NCBI GenBank assembly: GCA_027366075.1
Contig: DAHXLI010000012.1
Location: 1-44,433, forward strand
Source of the DNA: Candidatus Parvarchaeota archaeon
GTDB taxonomy: Archaea > Nanobdellota > Nanobdellia > Parvarchaeales > Parvarchaeaceae
Length of the DNA stretch: 44,433 nt
Direction: 5' to 3'
Shown here: one piece after another, positions 7,677 to 15,373 of the stretch
Numbering within the stretch: the stretch's first letter is position 1
Layout of the letters: every line of letters begins with the position of its first letter
Translations under genes and position numbers: made by a program
Notes under the pieces: generated by a model
What the model was told of the DNA's origin: nothing
The model's input: only the letters and a program-made list of their open reading frames with translations
Database searches by the model: none

Positions 7677-8581
7677 TGGAAAACGAGGACTGGCTTATCG
7701 AAGCAGTGGCTGAAAAGCTCGGTACAACAAAAGAAAAAGTAAATGAACTTATCAAAAAGAAACTGTCCGAATTTCAAAACTTAACCGAAAGCGCCGCTCT
7801 TAGGATGGTCGCTACCGAAAACGGGGTCGTGCCGATAAGACGCGGCTATAAAATCGCTGATATATCCGATGAAATCGGTCACATAAACATAACTGCCACT
7901 ATAAAAAGGAAGTTTCCTCCCCGTGACATCATGATAAAGGGGGCTAAATCTAAAGTCATAAACCTGGCTCTAGAAGATCAGACTGGTTCGATAAACGTTA
8001 TAGTGTGGGATGTAAGCAAAGTGGAATACCTCGAAAAGGAAGCATCCGATAGAGACACTATCTCGATAGCAAACGCTTATTCAAGGAAAAACAAATTAAA
8101 TGATAGATATGAACTCCACTTAGGAAGTGGCTGCGCTATAAAAATCACAAAAGGGCCAAGGGCAGAGGCAACACAAAAGAGAGAGTACCAAAGAATAAGT
8201 GATGTTAAAGACGATTCCAAGTTCTACCAAATAAGGTGCTTTGTCGTAAGGCTTTTCACTAACAACGTTTTTCTTATAAGATGCGGCATCTGCAAAAAGA
8301 AAGTAATTGACAAATGTGAGGAGCACGGCGATGCAGCTCTTTCAAAAATGCTATTTATATCGGGTATATTAGACGACGGCCTTTCAACCATACGCGCGTC
8401 GTTTTTTGACAAGACGGCGGAAAAACTCCTCGACCTATCGAAAGCTGAAAGCATAGAAAACAAGGTTAACGACATATCTTTCGGTCTGTATGAGGTAGAA
8501 ATATCTGCGGTACCGAATAAATTTAACGAAACCTTGTCGCTAAACGTAAGGGACGTAAAGCCTATAGATTATAAGATATAA
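7673..8581 (+). CDS. rpa: replication protein A-like ssDNA-binding protein (two OB folds, Zn-ribbon in the second)
   Basis: The N-terminal helical region (LTESAALRMVATENGV) is typical of archaeal RPA. OB fold 1 contains LEDQTGSINVIVWD. The second OB carries CGICKKKVIDKCEEH (C-x2-C-x8-C-x2-H). The start overlaps the PMM stop (ATGATG). Confidence 0.75.
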   Translation: MMENEDWLIEAVAEKLGTTKEKVNELIKKKLSEFQNLTESAALRMVATENGVVPIRRGYKIADISDEIGHINITATIKRKFPPRDIMIKGAKSKVINLALEDQTGSINVIVWDVSKVEYLEKEASDRDTISIANAYSRKNKLNDRYELHLGSGCAIKITKGPRAEATQKREYQRISDVKDDSKFYQIRCFVVRLFTNNVFLIRCGICKKKVIDKCEEHGDAALSKMLFISGILDDGLSTIRASFFDKTAEKLLDLSKAESIENKVNDISFGLYEVEISAVPNKFNETLSLNVRDVKPIDYKI

Positions 8582-8583
8582 TT

Positions 8584-9030
8584 ATGAAAGTTAAAGAAGG
8601 GGACGACTTTCCGGATTTCTCGCTCGTTTCAGACCTAGGGAAGGTGGTGAAAAAATCTGATTTGAACAAAGATGTTAACGTAATTTATTTTTACCCGAAG
8701 GACGATACGCCGGGATGCATAAAAGAGGCATGTAATTTCAGGGACAATATGGATGAATTCGAAAAAGAAGACATGCCCGTATACGGCGTAAGCGTTGATG
8801 ATATAGAGTCCCATAAAAAATTCAAAGATAAATATTCCTTAAATTTTATGCTGTTAAGCGATTTTAAAAAAGAGTTAATAAAGAAGTTGGGGATAGAATC
8901 GCTTTCCGGTTCTTCCAAAAGAGTGACATTTGTTCTTGATAGAGCCGGCAAGATAATCAAACTTTATCCTAACGTTTCTCCTGAAGAGCATGCTAAGGAG
9001 ATGCTAAACTGGTCGGCAAAAAATAGATAA
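8584..9030 (+). CDS. bcp: peroxiredoxin, Bcp/PrxQ type
   Basis: FYPKDDTPGCIKEAC is the active-site motif. The protein is 148 aa. Confidence 0.85.
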   Translation: MKVKEGDDFPDFSLVSDLGKVVKKSDLNKDVNVIYFYPKDDTPGCIKEACNFRDNMDEFEKEDMPVYGVSVDDIESHKKFKDKYSLNFMLLSDFKKELIKKLGIESLSGSSKRVTFVLDRAGKIIKLYPNVSPEEHAKEMLNWSAKNR

Positions 9031-9047
9031 CTCCGAGCTTTTTGCGC

Positions 9048-9332
9048 TTAAAGCTTTTTTATCGAACCTGACTTGCCTACGTTAACCTGTACCTCATTTT
9101 TAAACGAACGAGTGTAACCGCCGGTTACCTCGACCTTGTCTCCCACGTTTACCGTACTTATCTGTTTTCCCCATAGAGACAAGTTTATAGTCCCAGTTTC
9201 GTCTTTTATTTTCGCTGTAGCCACAGTCGTATTCCCAAATTTTGTTATTACTTCCCTAGGCTCAGACATTTCTACAATCTCGCCGGAGAACTCTACATTT
9301 GACATTCCGTCCCTTATCTCGCTTACATTCAT
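9048..9332 (-). CDS. single-OB-fold ssDNA-binding protein (94 aa)
   Basis: IKDETGTINLSLWGKQISTVNVGDKVEVTGGYTRSFKNEVQVNVGKSG matches the short RPA/SSB-like OB pattern (DeTG.i.ltlW......GD.v.i.ng.v..f.g...l). Confidence 0.6.
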   Translation of the reverse strand: MNVSEIRDGMSNVEFSGEIVEMSEPREVITKFGNTTVATAKIKDETGTINLSLWGKQISTVNVGDKVEVTGGYTRSFKNEVQVNVGKSGSIKKL

Positions 9333-9339
9333 ATGTTTT

Positions 9340-10275
9340 TCACCCTAGATACGAACCATAAAGCAGTGGCAGGAGGATCGTTACGTCGCCCTCTACGTTC
9401 ACATATTTCGCTTTAGGTTTTATTTTACCCCAGGATATCGCCTCTTCGAGCTTTGCGCCCGACAAGCTCCCATCCCAGTCTACCGCTGTCGTCATATATA
9501 TCGCATAATCAAGACCATTTTTAAATAAATTCCACCATATGACGTGGTGTTTTGATATCCCCCCTCCGAGCATCAAAGCGCCGCTTTTTTTAGCGGTGAA
9601 TACCCTATCAGCTAAAAGGTTTTCATCTGCGATCGTGTTTATTCTGAATTCTTTGTCTTTTTGTGAATACATCCATATCTGCGATCCAAAGCTGCCATCT
9701 GTAAAACCTGGTATTATTATCGGTATCTTATTCTTCCACGCCCAATATGTTATAGAATCTTCTGCATTCGGTTCGTCTTTAAGTTTTTCCCCGATGAACG
9801 CTATCAGTTCACTAGTCGAGTATTCTTTTTTGGCCATGCCAGCTTCCTTAAGTATAGGTATAAGCCGGTCTTCCAAAACGATGCCATAACTAGAGTCTGG
9901 TATAAAAATATTGTAAAGCCTATTTATCCCAGATGCCCTTAATTCCGCGTCATTTGCTACTTCTGTTCCCGCGTAATAGTCTTTCCATATGCGTGCTAGG
10001 TCGTGGTCCATCATGCCGCAGGTCGTTATAACTACGTCTACCAACTTATATTTCACTAGATCTTTTATTATACCTCTCGTTCCAGTAGAGATTATGTCTG
10101 CAGGAAAAGAAAGAAATTTTAAACATTCTTTGTCGTTCTGCATGTCTTTGAATATTTCGGAAGCCGTCGCCAATTTTTTGGCGGTGAACCCGCCAGCTAG
10201 TTTGAACTGTTCGATTAGACCCGTTATCGATTCTCCTTTCTTTATTTTTAAATTTTCTACCGGTTTTCCTAACAT
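9340..10275 (-). CDS. dys: deoxyhypusine synthase
   Basis: The full-length 311 aa shows the DHS pattern: TGLIEQFKLAGGFTAKKLATASEI, VITTCGMMDHDL, ALMLGGGISKHHVIW. Confidence 0.85.
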   Translation of the reverse strand: MLGKPVENLKIKKGESITGLIEQFKLAGGFTAKKLATASEIFKDMQNDKECLKFLSFPADIISTGTRGIIKDLVKYKLVDVVITTCGMMDHDLARIWKDYYAGTEVANDAELRASGINRLYNIFIPDSSYGIVLEDRLIPILKEAGMAKKEYSTSELIAFIGEKLKDEPNAEDSITYWAWKNKIPIIIPGFTDGSFGSQIWMYSQKDKEFRINTIADENLLADRVFTAKKSGALMLGGGISKHHVIWWNLFKNGLDYAIYMTTAVDWDGSLSGAKLEEAISWGKIKPKAKYVNVEGDVTILLPLLYGSYLG

Positions 10276-10304
10276 AATTATTTAATATAATTTGTATTGT
10301 TGCA

Positions 10305-10312
10305 TTTAAATA
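10305..10312. promoter_or_regulatory. TATA element (TTTAAATA) roughly centred between the divergent dys and primase starts
   Basis: The TTTAAA core at 10305-10310 is about 27 nt from primase ATG 10335 and about 32 nt from dys ATG 10275. Confidence 0.45.
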
Positions 10313-10334
10313 ATTGACTAATGCATCAAATAAT

Positions 10335-11642
10335 ATGAAGCCATCAGAAATATTGAGATATTATCTAAATGATGAAATAATAACAAAACTTCTCAATGTT
10401 AAAAACAGGGAATGTGCGGTAAGGTATGGGGAGAGCTTTGGTAAAAGGCCGATGCTATTTCAGTATCCTGGCGATATAGAAAATTTAGTAAAAACCGGTG
10501 CGACTAGTTTTCACGTAAGCGAGGAACGATGGAATAATCCTCTCGACTTGAGCAAAGACATCGCAAAAGAAAAGCTTTCTGACATGAGAAACGGCTGGGA
10601 CATGCTTATAGATATAGACTGCAAGGCCCTGGAGATATCAAAGATATTTTGCAAGATGCTGGTAGACAAAGTGGAAAAAGAAGGTGTTAGGACGGTTTCG
10701 GTAAAATTTAGCGGCGGATCCGGCTTTCATCTTATGATACCATACGAAACGTTTCCCGCGACGGTGAATGGTATAGAAGCGAATCGACTGTTTCCAGACG
10801 CCCCTATGATAATGTCCATATTTCTTAAAGATGAACTTAGAGAAAAATTAAAGGCTATTCTAGAAAAAGACTATGGGGTAAAAAAACTGGCCGCCATGTT
10901 TAAATTAGATGAAAGCAAACTTTATAAAAACGGAGTTTTTGAACCATATTCAATTATAGACATAGACACCGTCTTGCTATCGGAAAGGCACATGTTCAGG
11001 ATGCAATACTCTTTAAATGAAAAAAAATGGCTCGTGTCTTTGCCACTGGATAAAAATAAAGTCGAAAGCTTTAACATAGAAGCTGCTAGGCCAGAAAATG
11101 TGGACACCAGCAAGGACTTCTTTAATCTGTCTCCAAACAAAAACGAGGCGGCAAGTTTGTTTATACGAGCTTATGATAAGTTTGAACCAGAAGAAAAAGC
11201 CGATAAAGAAGCCAACAATAAAAAAGAGTTCCGTATAAGCATTATACCATTGAATGAAGCGTATCTCCCACCGTGCATAAAACTCATTTCCGCCGGCTTG
11301 CAAGACGGGAAAAAGAGGAGCGCATTTATACTGACTAATTTCTACAGGAATATCGGGAAAACAAAAGAGGAGGTAGCTAGCTTGCTTCTGGACTGGAACA
11401 AAAAAAATAAACCGCCCCTAAAAGAGAACCTGCTCTTACAGCAGGTGAACTACGCATTCGCTAGCAAAGCTTATCCCCCGCCAAATTGTGACGCTGAGGG
11501 TTATTACAAATACTTTAACGTATGTTTTCCGAATGAAACGTGTAAACTTATCAAAAACCCACTTTCCTATTATCTTAAACTATCAAAATCTAGAAATGAA
11601 AAAAGACCCAAAATTAACAGGAAGGTCTTAAGTTCGGTTTAG
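10335..11642 (+). CDS. priS: DNA primase, fused PriS-like AEP catalytic domain plus PriL C-terminal Fe-S domain
   Basis: AEP motifs are LIDIDCK (DxD), FSGGSGFHL (SGxGxH) and DIDTVLLSERHMFRMQYSLN. The C-terminal part is LPPCIKLISAGLQDGKKRSAFILTNFYRNIGKTKEEVASLL...YPPPNCDAEGYYKYFNVCFPNETCKLIKNPLSYY, with four Cys as in the PriL-CTD 4Fe-4S module. ATG 10335 is preferred over the track TTG 10314. Confidence 0.8.
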   Translation: MKPSEILRYYLNDEIITKLLNVKNRECAVRYGESFGKRPMLFQYPGDIENLVKTGATSFHVSEERWNNPLDLSKDIAKEKLSDMRNGWDMLIDIDCKALEISKIFCKMLVDKVEKEGVRTVSVKFSGGSGFHLMIPYETFPATVNGIEANRLFPDAPMIMSIFLKDELREKLKAILEKDYGVKKLAAMFKLDESKLYKNGVFEPYSIIDIDTVLLSERHMFRMQYSLNEKKWLVSLPLDKNKVESFNIEAARPENVDTSKDFFNLSPNKNEAASLFIRAYDKFEPEEKADKEANNKKEFRISIIPLNEAYLPPCIKLISAGLQDGKKRSAFILTNFYRNIGKTKEEVASLLLDWNKKNKPPLKENLLLQQVNYAFASKAYPPPNCDAEGYYKYFNVCFPNETCKLIKNPLSYYLKLSKSRNEKRPKINRKVLSSV

Positions 11643-11660
11643 CCTTGGCAAATACTAAAC

Positions 11661-11670
11661 ATTAAATATA
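11661..11670 (+). promoter_or_regulatory. TATA box (ATTAAATATA) about 25 nt upstream of ATG 11690
   Basis: Spacing is consistent with a leaderless transcript. Confidence 0.45.
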
Positions 11671-11689
11671 CCCCTGTGCTTTATAGCTT

Positions 11690-12265
11690 ATGGATCTAAC
11701 TTTATCTGATAGTAAAGTGCTTGAACACTTGATAGTAGATTCATTAAAGCGTACTATTGGAGAGGACGGCGCTGAAAAAACCTTCGCCGAATTAAGGCTA
11801 AAAAACGAAAAATCCAACAGTGTCCTGCATTCTTTAAATGAGATACTCGTAAAAAGCGGATACGGACTAAAAACAAAAAATGTTTTTGAAAAATTGGGGG
11901 AAGAACTGTCGTCAAGACTTGATGTTAAAATAAGGCCGGATAACATTAATCTGTTAAAGGAAGGGAGTGAAAATGTATTGGTAGAAGTAATAAACCGTTT
12001 TGACGTGCCCTTAGTTTTTGAGGTAACGCTCGAAGACAGGGATAATTTCGTTCCAATCGTTTTTAATAAGAGGGAAGGCGCTTATTTCAATAGCTTCAGT
12101 GTAGAAAGCATAATAGATACCGGTGATGTCGGCAGATTCCATTTTAAACTGGGTTGGGAGGGCCAACAACGCAAGATACCCGGGACTACCTTATTTGTGC
12201 TGGTAAGATCCAACGAAGTCGAAGGTCTTAATTGGATAGGAAAATTAAGAGTAAACTTATCTTAA
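11690..12265 (+). CDS. hypothetical soluble protein (191 aa), unrecognised family
   Basis: Clean ORF with its own TATA box. The N-terminal ~85 aa look helical and the C-terminal ~100 aa look beta-rich (VLVEVINRFDVPLVFEVTLED...GRFHFKLGWEG...TLFVLVRSNEVEG). No TM segment and no known motif. Confidence 0.5.
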   Translation: MDLTLSDSKVLEHLIVDSLKRTIGEDGAEKTFAELRLKNEKSNSVLHSLNEILVKSGYGLKTKNVFEKLGEELSSRLDVKIRPDNINLLKEGSENVLVEVINRFDVPLVFEVTLEDRDNFVPIVFNKREGAYFNSFSVESIIDTGDVGRFHFKLGWEGQQRKIPGTTLFVLVRSNEVEGLNWIGKLRVNLS

Positions 12266-12372
12266 GACGAAACGTATCCGTCCATAACTTTCTTAAACTT
12301 AACTTTGTCCAACGCCGCTCTTTTTCTCTCTTTTCTTTTTTTGCGCAAGTGCTTAGCACCTATCTTAGCCAT
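12262..12372 (-). CDS. putative 36-aa highly basic microprotein (not in the ORF track)
   Basis: My translation is MAKIGAKHLRKKRKERKRAALDKVKFKKVMDGYVSS*. The ATG is 2 nt after the endA stop. Its stop TAA (12264-12262) overlaps the stop of the convergent gene 11690-12265. Confidence 0.35.
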   Translation of the reverse strand: MAKIGAKHLRKKRKERKRAALDKVKFKKVMDGYVSS

Positions 12373-12374
12373 AT

Positions 12375-12893
12375 CTATATTTTCACCCAGTTTATTTCGT
12401 AATACGTTACGGAATCTTCATCGTCTACCACCCCAAACAGCACCTTTTTCTTCACGCTGTGAGCAACCCTATTCACCGCTGAAAAAGTCAAAAATTTAAT
12501 TGACTCGTGTTCTGTCGCGGCGTAGAGGATCCAGGTCGCGTGTGCCTTTCCCGGGTGGTCTCCCTTATTGTATACTCTGAAGTCCCCGCCATATTTAAAT
12601 GCTGTTTTCAATATATACCCTGCAGATCGAAGGCTTCTAAAAACACAGTATCTAACCCAAAATCTTTTTTGCTTTTTTTCCGCTATTTTTATCAACGCTT
12701 GTCTAGTCAATTTTCCCCCGTTCGAGCCAAAAACTTGTAGCTGTTTCTTTTCTGTAAGATATAGCGCCTCTTCTAAGGATAACTCGAGTTTCCCGTCCTG
12801 AAACGAGCCGAACTGTCCTTTATTGAATATTTTTGAAGATGTTCGTTGGTCGAATACTATTACCTTATTGTTTGTAAGGGTTATTTTTTCCAT
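12375..12893 (-). CDS. endA: tRNA-splicing endonuclease, short alpha4-type subunit
   Basis: FWVRYCVFRSLRSAGYILKTAFKYGGDFRVYNKGDHPGKAHATWILY...AHSVKKKVLFGVVD carries the conserved Y/H/K catalytic pattern of EndA. Confidence 0.85.
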   Translation of the reverse strand: MEKITLTNNKVIVFDQRTSSKIFNKGQFGSFQDGKLELSLEEALYLTEKKQLQVFGSNGGKLTRQALIKIAEKKQKRFWVRYCVFRSLRSAGYILKTAFKYGGDFRVYNKGDHPGKAHATWILYAATEHESIKFLTFSAVNRVAHSVKKKVLFGVVDDEDSVTYYEINWVKI

Positions 12894-12894
12894 T

Positions 12895-13212
12895 CTATTT
12901 GAGCACCGATAAGATGGTCTTTTCTATGTCGATTCTTGATGCAAGACCCACCAAAGAGTTCACCGGTTTTCCATTTTTAAAAACTAGGAGGGTAGGGATG
13001 CTCTCGACCCCGTACTCACTCGCGATTAATGGGCTCACGTCGACGTTAAGCTTAAACAATTTAAATTTTCCTTCCATTTTTGCTTCGACCGCGTCTAGTA
13101 ACGGTGAAATTGCTTTGCAAGGGGCGCACCATTCCGCCCAGAAATCTACAACCGCGACATCTAAATTTTCTATAACGTCTTTAAAATTTTCACCATTTAG
13201 ATGTTCTGCCAT
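12895..13212 (-). CDS. trxA: thioredoxin (CAPC active site)
   Basis: VVDFWAEWCAPCK and IPTLLVFKNGK, 105 aa. Confidence 0.9.
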   Translation of the reverse strand: MAEHLNGENFKDVIENLDVAVVDFWAEWCAPCKAISPLLDAVEAKMEGKFKLFKLNVDVSPLIASEYGVESIPTLLVFKNGKPVNSLVGLASRIDIEKTILSVLK

Positions 13213-13263
13213 GCTCTAAATGATTTATTTTAGTATTTAACATTTATTGAAATGAAGAATATA

Positions 13264-13274
13264 ACTATAATAAA
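13264..13274 (+). promoter_or_regulatory. TATA-like element (ACTATAATAAA) about 28 nt upstream of ATG 13297
   Basis: Position relative to the aIF2-alpha start. Confidence 0.35.
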
Positions 13275-13296
13275 CAGATAAGTATTAACTATTTGT

Positions 13297-14031
13297 ATGG
13301 TTGAGCTGAATATCGGTGCGGTTTACGTTTGCCAGGTTAAAAAACTGCTACAACACGGCATAATAGTCCAAATAGGCGACACGCAGAAAGAAGGATTCAT
13401 ACATATTTCTGAGCTGAGCAAGCGTTGGGTCAAAGACGTAAAAGACGTGGCTAAAGAAGGCGACAAAATCGTTTGCAAACTGATAAAAGTCGAGCAGCAG
13501 ACCACAGAACTCTCCGCAAAGAGGGTAACCGACAACGAGGAACGCCAGGCACTAAAAGAATGGTCTGTGGAGAACCGAATCGGGCGAATAATAGAAAAGA
13601 CTTTCAAAAAAGATTCTACCCAATTTTTACAAACTGCGAAAGAGAAATATGGCTCCATATTCGAATTTTATAGCGCCGTGCTAAAAAACGGTAGTCCTGT
13701 GTTGGAGGAATTAAAACTAAACAAGGAAGCGGCGGAAGCGATACTGGACTTTGTAGAAAAAACGAAGAAGAAAATAACGATAAAAACCGACTTGTTTGTA
13801 CAGGATTTCACCGAAGAAGGCGTAGAAAACATACAGCGTTTGCTACAGAAACCATATTCCAGCAAGAACAACTATTCAATAAGATACATCAAAGCACCGC
13901 ATTATCTCCTTACGGTCAATGCTGGAGAAACAAAAAAGACCATTTCGGAGAACAAGAAGATAATCGAAGGGCTGGAAGTTAGCAGCAAGGAGTTAGGGAT
14001 AGATTTCAAGTACAAGGAAGTAAAAGAATGA
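13297..14031 (+). CDS. eif2a: translation initiation factor aIF2 alpha subunit
   Basis: S1 domain GAVYVCQVKKLLQHGIIVQIGDTQKEGFIHISELSKRWVKDVKDVAKEGDKIVCKLIKV, and the conserved aIF2alpha-nop10 linkage. Confidence 0.85.
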   Translation: MVELNIGAVYVCQVKKLLQHGIIVQIGDTQKEGFIHISELSKRWVKDVKDVAKEGDKIVCKLIKVEQQTTELSAKRVTDNEERQALKEWSVENRIGRIIEKTFKKDSTQFLQTAKEKYGSIFEFYSAVLKNGSPVLEELKLNKEAAEAILDFVEKTKKKITIKTDLFVQDFTEEGVENIQRLLQKPYSSKNNYSIRYIKAPHYLLTVNAGETKKTISENKKIIEGLEVSSKELGIDFKYKEVKE

Positions 14032-14204
14032 AAAAAATCCGCTTTTGCCAAGAGTGCGAAAAGTATACCCTAAAAGAAAAATGCGATCTGTGCGATTCGC
14101 AAACCGTTATAAACTCGCCACAAAAATATTCGAAGGACGAGGAGATAGCAAAGTACAGACGTCAAATAAAACGGGAGGTCCTAAAAACCAAGGGGATACT
14201 TTGA
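14028..14204 (+). CDS. nop10: H/ACA RNP component Nop10 (58 aa, not in the ORF track)
   Basis: My translation is MKKIRFCQECEKYTLKEKCDLCDSQTVINSPQKYSKDEEIAKYRRQIKREVLKTKGIL. It has the Zn-ribbon C-x2-C...C-x2-C and the P.kyS..D.y..yRr tail. The ATG overlaps the aIF2alpha stop (ATGA). Confidence 0.85.
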   Translation: MKKIRFCQECEKYTLKEKCDLCDSQTVINSPQKYSKDEEIAKYRRQIKREVLKTKGIL

Positions 14205-14205
14205 T

Positions 14206-15372
14206 ATGAAAATAATCTCTGTAAAGTCCGTATATGAGGAACTAAAGAAAAATAAGAAGGCCATAAACAACGTCATAGCAGATGTCAAGAAGGGCGACAT
14301 TCAAGGGTTCACCCCGCCGTCTACACTTGTGGGGGAGTTCAACTATCCCAGAGTTTCTGTAGGGATAATTTTCACAACAGACGAAAACGCATACCTTTAC
14401 GACTCTCCAAAGTATTGGGTAAAAACCGGCTACGATGTTGCTAAGATATTCTCCATGCGCACAACGTTGGTCAACGCCAGAGATAAAATAGACGTAAGAA
14501 AACCGGATGAACGCTTCATGCAGGATGTCTCTTTTGCGACCATGTCCAAGAACGATTTATCGATAGATTTAAAATTGTCAAAAACTTATGACAAAAGTTT
14601 CCTGTCCGAAACTGTAGCCCCCCACGGGATAATGGCGGATCTAAAAAGCTTCCGCCTAAATGAAAACTTCCGAATAGAGAAACCGATTGAGAAGGTTTAT
14701 TATGACAGAGATTTCAAGGCAACCGAAGCCATAACTTACTTATACAAAAACGGGATAGACGACGATAAGATAAATAAGATTCTAAGCGTTGGCGCTATCG
14801 GCGTAAAGCGGCGACTGGTACCGACAAAATGGGCCATAACCGCGGTAGACGATTCTTTAGGAAAAGATTTGATAAAAGAAATAAAGGATTTTGATGCAGG
14901 AGAGGAATATTTTATAAAGACCGGTAACGTGCTTGGAAATCACTTCGTTTTTATGTTCATGAAAGGGAAATGGTCGTTTGAACTTATAGAAAGCTGGAAC
15001 CGCGACGGTAATTCTCTAATGACTGGAGAAGGCGACTATGAGCTTTACGGTGGAAGAAAAGATTACGTGCAAAACACGGCCGGGGCTTATTACGCGATAA
15101 GGCTCGCGGTCTTAGAGGCTCTAAAAGCCGTGAAAAAACAGTTTTCAGTCATAGTGCTAAGAGAGATCACGCCGGAATATTTTGCGCCCTTGGGCGTATG
15201 GGTAGTGAGGGAGGGCGCAAGAAAGATACTGGAAAACCCTGCCGAATCGAGCCCGGGAATGTCCGAGCTGATAAAAAACGCCAAGTCCCGCCTTCTTTAT
15301 CCTATTGACATAGAGATAAAATCTAAAGTCATAAACCTAAAGGAAAAGCAAAAAATCTTGTCTGATTTTTAG
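14206..15372 (+). CDS. Nre-family protein (archaeal DUF650/DUF651, putative DNA repair)
   Basis: FTPPSTLVGEFNYPRVSVG (Nre_N-like) and KWAITAVDD ... GAYYAIRLAVLEALKAVKKQFSVIVLREITPEYFAPLGVWVVREGAR (Nre_C-like). Family recalled from memory, not searched. Confidence 0.55.
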   Translation: MKIISVKSVYEELKKNKKAINNVIADVKKGDIQGFTPPSTLVGEFNYPRVSVGIIFTTDENAYLYDSPKYWVKTGYDVAKIFSMRTTLVNARDKIDVRKPDERFMQDVSFATMSKNDLSIDLKLSKTYDKSFLSETVAPHGIMADLKSFRLNENFRIEKPIEKVYYDRDFKATEAITYLYKNGIDDDKINKILSVGAIGVKRRLVPTKWAITAVDDSLGKDLIKEIKDFDAGEEYFIKTGNVLGNHFVFMFMKGKWSFELIESWNRDGNSLMTGEGDYELYGGRKDYVQNTAGAYYAIRLAVLEALKAVKKQFSVIVLREITPEYFAPLGVWVVREGARKILENPAESSPGMSELIKNAKSRLLYPIDIEIKSKVINLKEKQKILSDF

Positions 15373-15373
15373 T

